This document shows, in pieces, positions 53,444 through 61,145 of a stretch of DNA of 64,000 bases. This DNA is from Thermoplasmata archaeon (lineage in GTDB: Archaea > Thermoplasmatota > Thermoplasmata > Lutacidiplasmatales > UBA184). The notes below the pieces were generated by a model. That model had not been told where the DNA came from, searched no databases, and was given only the letters and a program-made list of their open reading frames with translations. The DNA lies in assembly GCA_050749465.1 (NCBI GenBank), contig JBOGRO010000051.1, positions 6,742-70,741 on the forward strand. Reading direction: 5' to 3'. The position numbers and the translations under genes were made by a program. Within the stretch, counting starts at the first letter, position 1; every line of letters begins with the position of its first letter.

Positions 53444-55561
53444 CTAGATGTGAATGAGCGAGTGCGCGACGATCAGTACGACGAACAGGATCGAGATCGT
53501 GTTCACGACCTTGATGAGCGGGTTGATCGCGGGCCCGGCGGTGTCCTTCGTCGCGTCGCCGACCGTGTCGCCCACGATCGCCGCTTTGTGGGCCTCGGAG
53601 TGCTTGCCGCCGAAGTGGCCGGACTCGACGTACTTCTTGCCGTTGTCCCACGCGGCGCCGCCCGTCGTCATCGTCAGCGCGAGCGGGAAGCCCGAGACGA
53701 TGACGCCCAGGAGCAGGGCCGCGAGCGCGACCGGTCCGAGGAAGAAGCCGACCGCGAGGGGGACCGAGACCGCGATGAGCGCCGGCACCGCGAGCTGGCG
53801 GATCGCGGTGACGGTCACGATGTCGACGCACCGACTGTAGTCGGCCTTCGCCTTCCCGTCGAGGAGCCCCGGGATCTCCCGGAACTGCCGGCGGATCTCA
53901 AAGACCATCTTCTCGGCAGCAACGCCGACCGCGTTCATCAGGTACGACGTGAAGAAGAACGGCAGGACCGCCCCGATCACGAGCCCGGCGACGACGAGCG
54001 GGCTGCTGAGCGTCAGGAGATTGGTGAAGACGCCCCACGGCTGGCCCCAGGTCGACGCCGCCGCGAACGTGTACGCCGCGAAGAGGGCGAGGGCGGCGAG
54101 GACCGCGGAGGCGATCGCGTAGCCTTTCGTGACCGCCTTCGTCGTGTTCCCGACCGCGTCGAGCGGGTCGGTGATCGCGCGCGCCTCGGGGGGGAGGTTC
54201 GCCATCTCGGCGATCCCGCCCGCGTTGTCGGTGATCGGACCGAACGAGTCGATCGCGATGATCATCCCCGTGACCGAGAGCATGCTCGCGGCGGCGAGAC
54301 CGATCCCGTAGAGGCCGAGGTAGGCATTCGGTGCCGTCGACGTGCCGTTCCACCCGGCGGCCGCGTAGGCGATCAGCGTACCCGCGACGACCACGATCCC
54401 GGGCATCCAGGCCGACTCGAGGCCGACCGAGAGGCCACTGATGACCGTCGGGCCGGCCCCGGCTTGGGACGCCTCGGCGATCTTGTGGACCGGGTGGTAC
54501 TCGGCGCTCGTGTAGTAATCGGTGATCACGACGATCAGGATCATCACGACGAGGCCGACCGCCGTCGCGACGAAGAGCCCCGGGCTCCCCTTCATGAAGT
54601 AGTAGTCGAGGAGGTAGAGACCGACGAACCCGACGACGGTCGTCGCGATCAGGCCCTGGTAGAGGGTCCCCATGATCGACCCGCCCTTCCGCATCCGGAC
54701 GAAGAACGTCCCGACGATCGTCGCGAGGATCGCCCAGGCGCAGACGAGCAAGGGATAGAGGACCGCGTTCGGGAACGCGGCGATCGGGTTGGGGGAGAGC
54801 GCGATCTTGTCGATGAGGTAGGCGAGCAGCATCGCGGCCATCGCGGTCACGACGTACGTCTCGAACAGGTCCGCCGCCATCCCGGCGCAGTCGCCGACGT
54901 TGTCGCCCACGTTGTCCGCGATGACCCCTGGGTTCCGCGGGTCGTCCTCGGGGATCCCCGCCTCGACCTTCCCGACGAGGTCGGTACCAACGTCGGCGCC
55001 CTTCGTGTAGATCCCGCCGCCGACGCGCGCAAAGAGGCTCATCAGGGACGCGCCGAAGAGGAGGCCGACCATGTCGAGGACGTTCCCGCCGAACGCCCAG
55101 TAAAATCCGACGAGCTCGAGGAGCGCGAGACCCGCGACGAAGAGGCCGGTGACGCTCCCTCCGCGGAAGGCGAAGCCGAGGGTCGAGGGAAGGTTACCGG
55201 AACGCGCGTGGGCGGCCGTCCGCACGTTCGCCCGGACGCTCACGAACATCCCGACGGCGCCCGCGAGCGCGCTGCCGGCGACGCCGAAGACGAATCCGAC
55301 CGCGAGCCGAGCTCCGATGCCGGTGACCCCGAAGGCGAGCGCGATCACGATCGCGAGGACGATCGCGACGGCGAAGACGACCGTGTACTCGCGGCGGAGG
55401 AACGCGTTCGCGCCCTCGCGGATCGCGCCGCTGATCTCGCGCATGCGTTCGTTGCCTTCGTCCTCCCGCAGGACGAGCGCTGTCTGGACGCCACCGTAGG
55501 CGAGGCTGAGGATTCCCGCGAGGACGATCAGAAGCTCTAGTTGGCCTGTCGAAAGACTCAT
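53444..55561 (-). CDS. hppA: membrane-bound proton-translocating pyrophosphatase (K+-independent subtype by motif)
   Basis: 705 aa, about 16 TM helices. GGIYTKGADVGTDLVGKVE, DNVGDNVGD, GGAWDNGKK. The motif GNTTKAVTKG has Lys where K+-dependent enzymes carry Ala (GNTTAA). Confidence 0.95.
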   Translation of the reverse strand: MSLSTGQLELLIVLAGILSLAYGGVQTALVLREDEGNERMREISGAIREGANAFLRREYTVVFAVAIVLAIVIALAFGVTGIGARLAVGFVFGVAGSALAGAVGMFVSVRANVRTAAHARSGNLPSTLGFAFRGGSVTGLFVAGLALLELVGFYWAFGGNVLDMVGLLFGASLMSLFARVGGGIYTKGADVGTDLVGKVEAGIPEDDPRNPGVIADNVGDNVGDCAGMAADLFETYVVTAMAAMLLAYLIDKIALSPNPIAAFPNAVLYPLLVCAWAILATIVGTFFVRMRKGGSIMGTLYQGLIATTVVGFVGLYLLDYYFMKGSPGLFVATAVGLVVMILIVVITDYYTSAEYHPVHKIAEASQAGAGPTVISGLSVGLESAWMPGIVVVAGTLIAYAAAGWNGTSTAPNAYLGLYGIGLAAASMLSVTGMIIAIDSFGPITDNAGGIAEMANLPPEARAITDPLDAVGNTTKAVTKGYAIASAVLAALALFAAYTFAAASTWGQPWGVFTNLLTLSSPLVVAGLVIGAVLPFFFTSYLMNAVGVAAEKMVFEIRRQFREIPGLLDGKAKADYSRCVDIVTVTAIRQLAVPALIAVSVPLAVGFFLGPVALAALLLGVIVSGFPLALTMTTGGAAWDNGKKYVESGHFGGKHSEAHKAAIVGDTVGDATKDTAGPAINPLIKVVNTISILFVVLIVAHSLIHI

Positions 55562-55599
55562 CCACTTACTCCGAAATTCGAGGCGGCTGAACCGAGCGC

Positions 55600-55609
55600 T
55601 TAATAAAGG
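55600..55609. promoter_or_regulatory. TATA box (TTAATAAAGG / CCTTTATTAA) in the hppA / zinc-finger ORF divergent spacer
   Basis: The only A/T-rich element in the spacer. About 43 nt upstream of the hppA ATG (55561) and about 80 nt upstream of the ATG at 55684. Confidence 0.35.
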
Positions 55610-55683
55610 CTTGCGGAGGACCGCGGCGCCGAGGTCGGGCTCGAGCGCTACTACTATATTGCGAGACGGCCCACCACTCCTCG

Positions 55684-55884
55684 ATGATCCCGACCCCGAC
55701 GCCCGGCGACGCCAACGCCCGCCGTTCGCGCGTCACGTGCGGGGTCTGCGGCCAACCGATCGAACTCGCGCGCCTGCGCGATCACCTGCGCTCCGAGCAC
55801 GGGTCGAACAGCGCGGACCTGGACCAGCTCTACCTCAACGCACGGATCGAGGCGAAGCGCCACCGTCGCTCGCAGACCCGCTAG
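55684..55884 (+). CDS. 66-aa C2H2-type zinc-finger-like mini-protein (hypothetical)
   Basis: CGVCGQPIELARLRDHLRSEH has C-x2-C-x11-H-x4-H spacing. High GC3. The stop shares CTAG with the convergent thrS stop. Confidence 0.5.
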   Translation: MIPTPTPGDANARRSRVTCGVCGQPIELARLRDHLRSEHGSNSADLDQLYLNARIEAKRHRRSQTR

Positions 55885-57800
55885 GGGTCGAACGCGCGCG
55901 TCCGCACTCGGTCCCGGACGAGCGCCGCGAACTCGGGCCGCGAGATCGTTCGGGTCTCTCGGGATCCCCGGGTCCGCACCGTCACGGTCCCGTTCGCCGC
56001 CTCGGTATCGCCGAGGACCAGCACGTAGGGGATGCGGTCGACCTCGGCGGTCCGCACCCGCTTCGCGATCGACTCCTCGGGAGCAGCGACCTCCACGCGG
56101 ATCTGCTCCGCGCGGAGCTCGTCCGCGAGGCCCTGGGCCGCCGGCGCGTGCCGGTCCGCGATCGGCAGGACGCGGACCTGCACCGGCGAGATCCACGGAG
56201 GGAAACGTCCCGCGCAGTGCTCGATCAGCACTCCCGTGAATCGCTCCAAGCTACCCAGGATCGTGCGGTGGATGACGACCGGGGTGTGGAGCTGACCGTC
56301 CGCGCCCTGGTACTCGAGGCCGAAGCGGAGCGGCAGCTGGTAGTCGAGTTGGATCGTTCCGGTCTGCCAGGGTCGCCCCAGCGAGTCGCGGATGTGGATG
56401 TCGATCTTCGGCCCGTAGAACGCCCCTTCGCCCGGAGAGACCCGGTACGGCACGCCGGACTCGTTCAGCACCTTGCCGAGCGTCGCCTCCGCCCGGTCCC
56501 ACGCCGCCGCTTCCCCCATGAAGTTGGCCGGTCGGGTCGAGAACTCGTACGACCATTCGAATCGGAACGTCGTGAAGGCGTCCCGGATCCAACCGAGGAG
56601 GTAGCGGACCTCCCCCTCGACCTGCTCCTCCGTCACGAACAAGTGCGCATCGTCCTGCACCATCTCCTGCACGCGGGTCAGGCCGTGGAGGGTGCCACTC
56701 GCTTCGAGCCGGTGGAGCGGCGCGAACTCCGCGAGGCGCAGCGGTAGCTCCCGGTAGCTTCGGGGTCGGGACCGGAAGATCAGCATCCCGCCGGGGCAGT
56801 TCATCGGCTTCCAACCGAACTGCCGGTTCCCCACGGTCGATAGGAACATGTTCTCGCGGTAGTGGTCCCAGTGGCCGCTCGTCTCGTAGACCGACTGCGC
56901 GAAGAGCTGAGGGGTCCGCACCTCAAGGTAGCCCGCTCGATCGAGGTGCTCCCGCACGAACTTCTCGATCTCGCGGAGGAGGATGATCCCTTTCGGGAGA
57001 AAGAACGGAAACCCGGGCGCCTCGTCGACGAACAGGAACAACTCCTGTTTCGTACCGATCGTCCGATGGTCGCGGGCTTCCGCTTCCGCGCGGAGTTTGA
57101 GGAACGCTTCGAGCTGCGCGTGTCGGGGGAAGCCGACACCCCGGATCCGCTGAAGCGAGCCGCCGGACTCCGTACCCTCGCGCTCGATTCCCGAGAACCC
57201 CAGGATCTGGACTCCTTGGAGCCAGCTCGTGTCCGGGACATGAGGCCCGCGACACAGGTCGATGAAGCCGCCGGTCTCGTAGACCGACACCGGCTCGCCG
57301 GCGGGGACTTCGGAGAGGTAGCGCAACTTGTGCGGGTTGCTCGCGAAGATCCGCTCGGCGTCGGCCTTGGTGACCTCCCGGCGGAGGAATGGCTCGCGTC
57401 CCGCCACCGACCGTTGCATCGCGGCCTTGATCTGGTCGAGGTCGGCGGGCAGGAGCGGCCGCACGTCAAAGTCGTAGTAGAATCCGTCGTCGGTCGGGGG
57501 TCCCACCGTTGGCTTGGCGTCGGGGATCGTCTCGACGACCGCCTTCGCAACGAGGTGCGCGGAGGAGTGCTGGAGAATGTCGCGCCCCGCCCGGTCTTCG
57601 AAGGTCAGCGGAGCGAGAGTGCCGTGGCGGTCGAGCGGCCGAGTGAGGTCCACGGGCACACCGTCGACCAGCGCCGCGAGGAAGCCGTCGGCCTTCTCGG
57701 GAGCCCAGCTGGCGAGAACGCTTCCGGTCAGGGTCCCGCGATCGACCGCCCGCTCGGCGCCGTCGGGGAGTCGAATCTTGAGTGAAGTCGAGCCGGCCAT
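55881..57800 (-). CDS. thrS: threonyl-tRNA synthetase (with N-terminal TGS and editing domains)
   Basis: 639 aa. TGS-like N-terminus (IRLPDGAERAV...), editing-domain HSSAHL, class II core (FLSTVGNRQFGWKPMNCPG, RLAEFAPLHRLEASG, GAFYGPKID), and an anticodon-binding C-terminus. Confidence 0.95.
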   Translation of the reverse strand: MAGSTSLKIRLPDGAERAVDRGTLTGSVLASWAPEKADGFLAALVDGVPVDLTRPLDRHGTLAPLTFEDRAGRDILQHSSAHLVAKAVVETIPDAKPTVGPPTDDGFYYDFDVRPLLPADLDQIKAAMQRSVAGREPFLRREVTKADAERIFASNPHKLRYLSEVPAGEPVSVYETGGFIDLCRGPHVPDTSWLQGVQILGFSGIEREGTESGGSLQRIRGVGFPRHAQLEAFLKLRAEAEARDHRTIGTKQELFLFVDEAPGFPFFLPKGIILLREIEKFVREHLDRAGYLEVRTPQLFAQSVYETSGHWDHYRENMFLSTVGNRQFGWKPMNCPGGMLIFRSRPRSYRELPLRLAEFAPLHRLEASGTLHGLTRVQEMVQDDAHLFVTEEQVEGEVRYLLGWIRDAFTTFRFEWSYEFSTRPANFMGEAAAWDRAEATLGKVLNESGVPYRVSPGEGAFYGPKIDIHIRDSLGRPWQTGTIQLDYQLPLRFGLEYQGADGQLHTPVVIHRTILGSLERFTGVLIEHCAGRFPPWISPVQVRVLPIADRHAPAAQGLADELRAEQIRVEVAAPEESIAKRVRTAEVDRIPYVLVLGDTEAANGTVTVRTRGSRETRTISRPEFAALVRDRVRTRAFDP

Positions 57801-58431
57801 CGATAGGATCCAGATCGCCGACCTCGTTCTGGCCTAAAACGGTTCGGTCCGTAGCGTGCTCTAGCAAGAATGGCCTCGGCCGGCCAGCCTCGGAGCCGTC
57901 TCCGGCTTGGCCGATGTGCGGTTCCGATCTGCCACCTCACTTGCCTCGCACGAACGGGTGGGGGCGTGGAGTCTGGGGGGCGACGACTACCTCCCCTTCG
58001 CTTCCTTCTACGGCCCGGTCAACGGCGAGCTCTCCGCGATGCAATGGGGGCCTATCGTCCGCGTGACCGTGAGTAGAAACGGGACGGCGGTCAGTCCGAT
58101 GGCGGCGAGCCGGTGGGTCCCGAACAAGGCGGCGAGCGTCGGACTCGCTGCGGGCGCAGCGGTGGCGACGGGAGTATTCCTGGCTCGCGAGCGCCGGAAA
58201 AGGGATCGGTCCCGCGTAGCCGGACATCCCTTGGGTTCACGACTGACTGCGACGGGTCCACCGTCGTTTCCGGAACAGCTCGCGGGTCTCCGCGGGGTGC
58301 CCCCTGCCCGCCTCCCCGGAAGGGGAATTTGGCGCTCCCGGAGGGCAGATCCCTGTCGTGCGCTCAGCTCGCCCATCACTCATCATGGCTCAGCTGGTTC
58401 TGGTTCTCATCATCGCGCGTCGATCGGGATC

Positions 58432-59166
58432 TCACGGTCGTTCTTGGTCTGGCGAGTGGGGGCCCATCGCCGCGAGGACTCCGTCCAGGTGGAAGATGCC
58501 GCCGGTGGCCCCGGCGGCGGCGAGGCGCGGGACGTCGCTCGGAGACAGAGTTCCGTCGACCCACGTCGGCCCTCCGGCCGCGACCGCCGCGATCATCGAC
58601 CAGTCCGGGTCGGTCTCCCGGGGCGAGAGCACGATGGGGGTGAGGCCGATCGTCCTCGCGGTACGAACGATCTCGAGCGGATCCGTCGTCCCCCACCCCG
58701 GGTCGACGGTTCCGAGCGCTCCGTCTACCGTTTCCAGCTCGAAGACGAGATCGGTCGAGAGTCGCCACGCGCGCTTGAGCTCCTTCGGGCCCCGCAGATA
58801 CGCGCTGGAAAGCACCGCCCGATCCGCGCCGGCGACCAGGACATCGATCGCCTGGTCGGCTTTGCGCACCCCTGAATCGACCCAGAGCGGCATCTCGCGC
58901 GACAGCTCCTGGATGTACTCGAGCTGCGGGTCGTTCGTCTCGAGCCCATCGAGGTCCGCGAGGTAGAGGAACGGGTAGTTCGGGGAGAGCTGGTCGAGGA
59001 CCTCGAAGACATCGAACTCGGCCCCCGAAGGCAGTCGAGCCGGGATCGGGCCTTCCGGCCCCGGAAGGCAGACGACGCCCCGGCGGAGAAGGAGGCACGG
59101 GGCCAGCGACGGCCCCGTAGATCGAACCCCCGCCTTCGCGAGCCGGAGGGAGGACGAGGGGGTCAC
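58432..59166 (-). CDS. HisA/HisF-family TIM-barrel protein
   Basis: LYLADLDGLETN, LWVDSGVR, AGADRAVLSS, ELETVDG, WVDGTLS...AAAGATGG follow the HisA/HisF beta-alpha barrel pattern. Start set at GTG 59166, because the ORF-track ATG at 59385 would run antisense through RNase P RNA. Confidence 0.55.
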   Translation of the reverse strand: MTPSSSLRLAKAGVRSTGPSLAPCLLLRRGVVCLPGPEGPIPARLPSGAEFDVFEVLDQLSPNYPFLYLADLDGLETNDPQLEYIQELSREMPLWVDSGVRKADQAIDVLVAGADRAVLSSAYLRGPKELKRAWRLSTDLVFELETVDGALGTVDPGWGTTDPLEIVRTARTIGLTPIVLSPRETDPDWSMIAAVAAGGPTWVDGTLSPSDVPRLAAAGATGGIFHLDGVLAAMGPHSPDQERP

Positions 59167-59215
59167 GGGCGACCGACCCCGCGGAGGCTTTTCCCCCTTC
59201 CCCGTCGGTAGGCAA

Positions 59216-59225
59216 GGGCTTTTGG
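59216..59225 (+). promoter_or_regulatory. weak T-rich TATA-like element (GGGCTTTTGG) upstream of RNase P RNA
   Basis: Centred about 26 nt upstream of the inferred 5' end of the P1 helix at about 59247. Confidence 0.25.
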
Positions 59226-59246
59226 TCCCGCCGAGCCCTCGGCCCC

Positions 59247-59562
59247 GGGCCAGGAGGTGGAGGGCAGCTGACGGTGGTCCGCGCCGGCAACGGCCGGCCG
59301 CTGAGGAAAGTCCCCACTTCGGGGAACACGGGGTCGGGTGGGAGCCCGACGGGCGAGAGTCCGAGCTCCGGAGCAGCCACGACACAGTCCGATGGTACGG
59401 TGAAGGTGTTGCACCGGAGGTTCCATCGGGATATGATGAAACGGCCGCCTCCCCGGAAGCAAGCCCTGACCGGCGGGATGAGGTGTTCCCCTGACCGTCG
59501 AGGAGAGCGCGCAGTCGAATGCTGCCTGAACCAGAATGGGGCTTACTACCACGACCTGGCCG
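59247..59562 (+). ncRNA. rnpB: RNase P RNA
   Basis: CR-I GAGGAAAGTCCCC at 59293-59305 and CR-V-like AGAATGGGGCTTAC at 59533-59546. AAGTCCCC pairs with GGGGCTT to form P4. The terminal P1 helix is GGCCAGG (59248-59254) paired with CCTGGCC (59555-59561). The segment lacks a credible ORF. Confidence 0.85.
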
Positions 59563-59857
59563 CTCCGGCGGGCAACCGCCGGGGCGTTAGCCCCTCAAAC
59601 CGTGTTTTCGTGGCCCGACGCCCAACGGAAACTATGGCCGCCCGGAACTGCCGAGGTCGAGTACGCCGAATTAGCTCGCGTCAACCCAGCCGTTCGGTCC
59701 TTCACCGACCACAGCGACTCTGAGCCAAATCCTTCTGACCCCGGGAAATCGGGCCCATTACCCACTTTTCTCTCCACCAGGAGCCCACAGTTCTACTCCG
59801 GTTGGCGAGCCTGGAGGGACGAGACTTGCGCTCTGACGAGAGTCTCGTCCGGCTACC

Positions 59858-60145
59858 TTGGTAGCTCTGCCGCTCAGCCCCACCCCGCCATGTGGAGCTC
59901 TCTCGCCGATGCCGGGCTGGCTCCGCCCGCTCGCGCTCGCGAATCCGCTCACCGGTCTCGTCGACGCGCTTCGTGTCAGTTCGCGAAAAGAGGGGGCAGA
60001 ATATCGCGAACTCACACTTCGCACGCAGATTTTGCGCGGCGAGACCGGGCTCTTCCCGCTCTCGGACGGCTTTACTGCTCTGATCGGCGTCCCGGTCGCC
60101 TTGACCCTGATCGAGTCCCGGCTCTACCCCCGCATGGCTCGGTAG
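59858..60145 (+). pseudogene. C-terminal remnant of an ABC-2-type transporter permease
   Basis: The translation ...MPGWLRPLALANPLTGLVDALR...GLFPLSDGFTALIGVPVALTLIESRLYPRMAR matches the conserved C-terminal end of ABC-2 permeases (P-W-L...NPLT..VDALR plus the last TM). No upstream TM region or partner ATPase. Third-position G/C is visibly relaxed (aat, ggt, ctt, agt, aaa, gaa, tat, att). Confidence 0.5.
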
Positions 60146-60206
60146 GGACCCGGTCCGGCGGCGCCTCTCACGGGGGTGAACCCGGCCGGGAACCGGCGAC
60201 CCGGGA

Positions 60207-61145
60207 CTACGGGCCCGATGGCCGCGCCGCGAGGCGGGGCGACGCGGATCGGTGGGCGATCCCATAGATGCTGAGGAGCACGAGACCGACACCGACGAAC
60301 TGGATCGCGGAGAGCCGCTCGGAAAAGATCACCGCCGAAGCAGCGAGGGCAACCACCGGGACGAGGAAGACGTAGGCGCTCAGCGTGACCGCGCGGGTGC
60401 GACCGAGCAGTGAGAACCAGATCGCGTACGCGACCGCGGTGCCGATGACACCGAGCCAGAAGACCGCCAGCACGAACAGCGGCGTCACGTGAGGTAGCGG
60501 GAGCGGGGCCGCGACGAGCGTGACGGCCAAGAGGGCGACCGTCCCGCCGATGAGCTGGTAGGCGTTCGCCTCGACCATCTCGTCGCGTCGGAAACGACGC
60601 TGGAAGAAGACCGTCCCGACCGCCCAGGAGACCGCGGCGACCACCAGGAGGAGGATCGCGGGGACCGAGATGGGGGTCCCTCCTCCCACCCCGACGAGCG
60701 AGATCAGCGCGACCCCAAGGAACCCGCCGCCGACGGAGACCCACTGTCGAGCCCCCAGCCGATGGCCGAGGAAGGGGCTCGATAGCAGCGCGACCCACAG
60801 GGGAAACGTGTAGATCACGACGGACGCGATCCCCGGCAGGACGTCGCGGGCCGCCCACATCCAGGCGCCGAAGAAGATCGCCGTGTTGGGGATCCCGATC
60901 AGGAGGGCGTCACGACGTCCGCGCCGGTCGAGGTAGCCCCAGCCGCGCAGACCACTCACGAGCGGCACGGTGACGAGCGCGCCCGTCCCCGCCCGTGCGC
61001 TCGCGAGCCAGAGCCCTCCCGAGGACTCCAAGCCGAGGTTCACGAACGGGTAGTTGAATCCCCACGCGACGACGAGAAGGAGGAACACGATCACCGTCGT
61101 CAGCGACCAGGGCGACGCGCCCTCCGAGATCGGTCCGACGCTCAC
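60207..61145 (-). CDS. EamA/DMT-family transporter
   Basis: 312 aa, about 10 TM helices in two EamA repeats (WGFNYPFVNLGL...; AVSWAVGTVFFQRR...LLGRTRAVTLSAYVFLVPV). GTG overlaps the upstream stop (GTGA). Confidence 0.85.
   Translation of the reverse strand: MSVGPISEGASPWSLTTVIVFLLLVVAWGFNYPFVNLGLESSGGLWLASARAGTGALVTVPLVSGLRGWGYLDRRGRRDALLIGIPNTAIFFGAWMWAARDVLPGIASVVIYTFPLWVALLSSPFLGHRLGARQWVSVGGGFLGVALISLVGVGGGTPISVPAILLLVVAAVSWAVGTVFFQRRFRRDEMVEANAYQLIGGTVALLAVTLVAAPLPLPHVTPLFVLAVFWLGVIGTAVAYAIWFSLLGRTRAVTLSAYVFLVPVVALAASAVIFSERLSAIQFVGVGLVLLSIYGIAHRSASPRLAARPSGP

Noticed and set aside
58396-58407. Tandem GGTTCT GGTTCT flanked by CATCAT repeats, as a possible repeat array
   Set aside because: There are only two 6-nt units and no further copies or spacers. 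This is a trivial microrepeat, not CRISPR or a satellite.
57841-58440. SRP (7S) RNA or a tRNA in the long spacer upstream of thrS
   Set aside because: I looked on both strands for the helix-8 signature (GNAR tetraloop flanked by AGG and AGCA) and for T-loop GGTTCRAxYC. I found only generic GC hairpins (CCCCGGAAGGGG; GAAGGAAGCG on the minus strand) without the required flanking pairing. This is unsupported without a covariance-model scan.
58432-59385. 317-aa version of the HisA-like ORF starting at the ATG at 59385
   Set aside because: The first roughly 70 codons are S/P/R/G-rich and run antisense through the RNase P RNA core, including CR-I. The in-frame GTG at 59166 gives a normal-length TIM-barrel protein.
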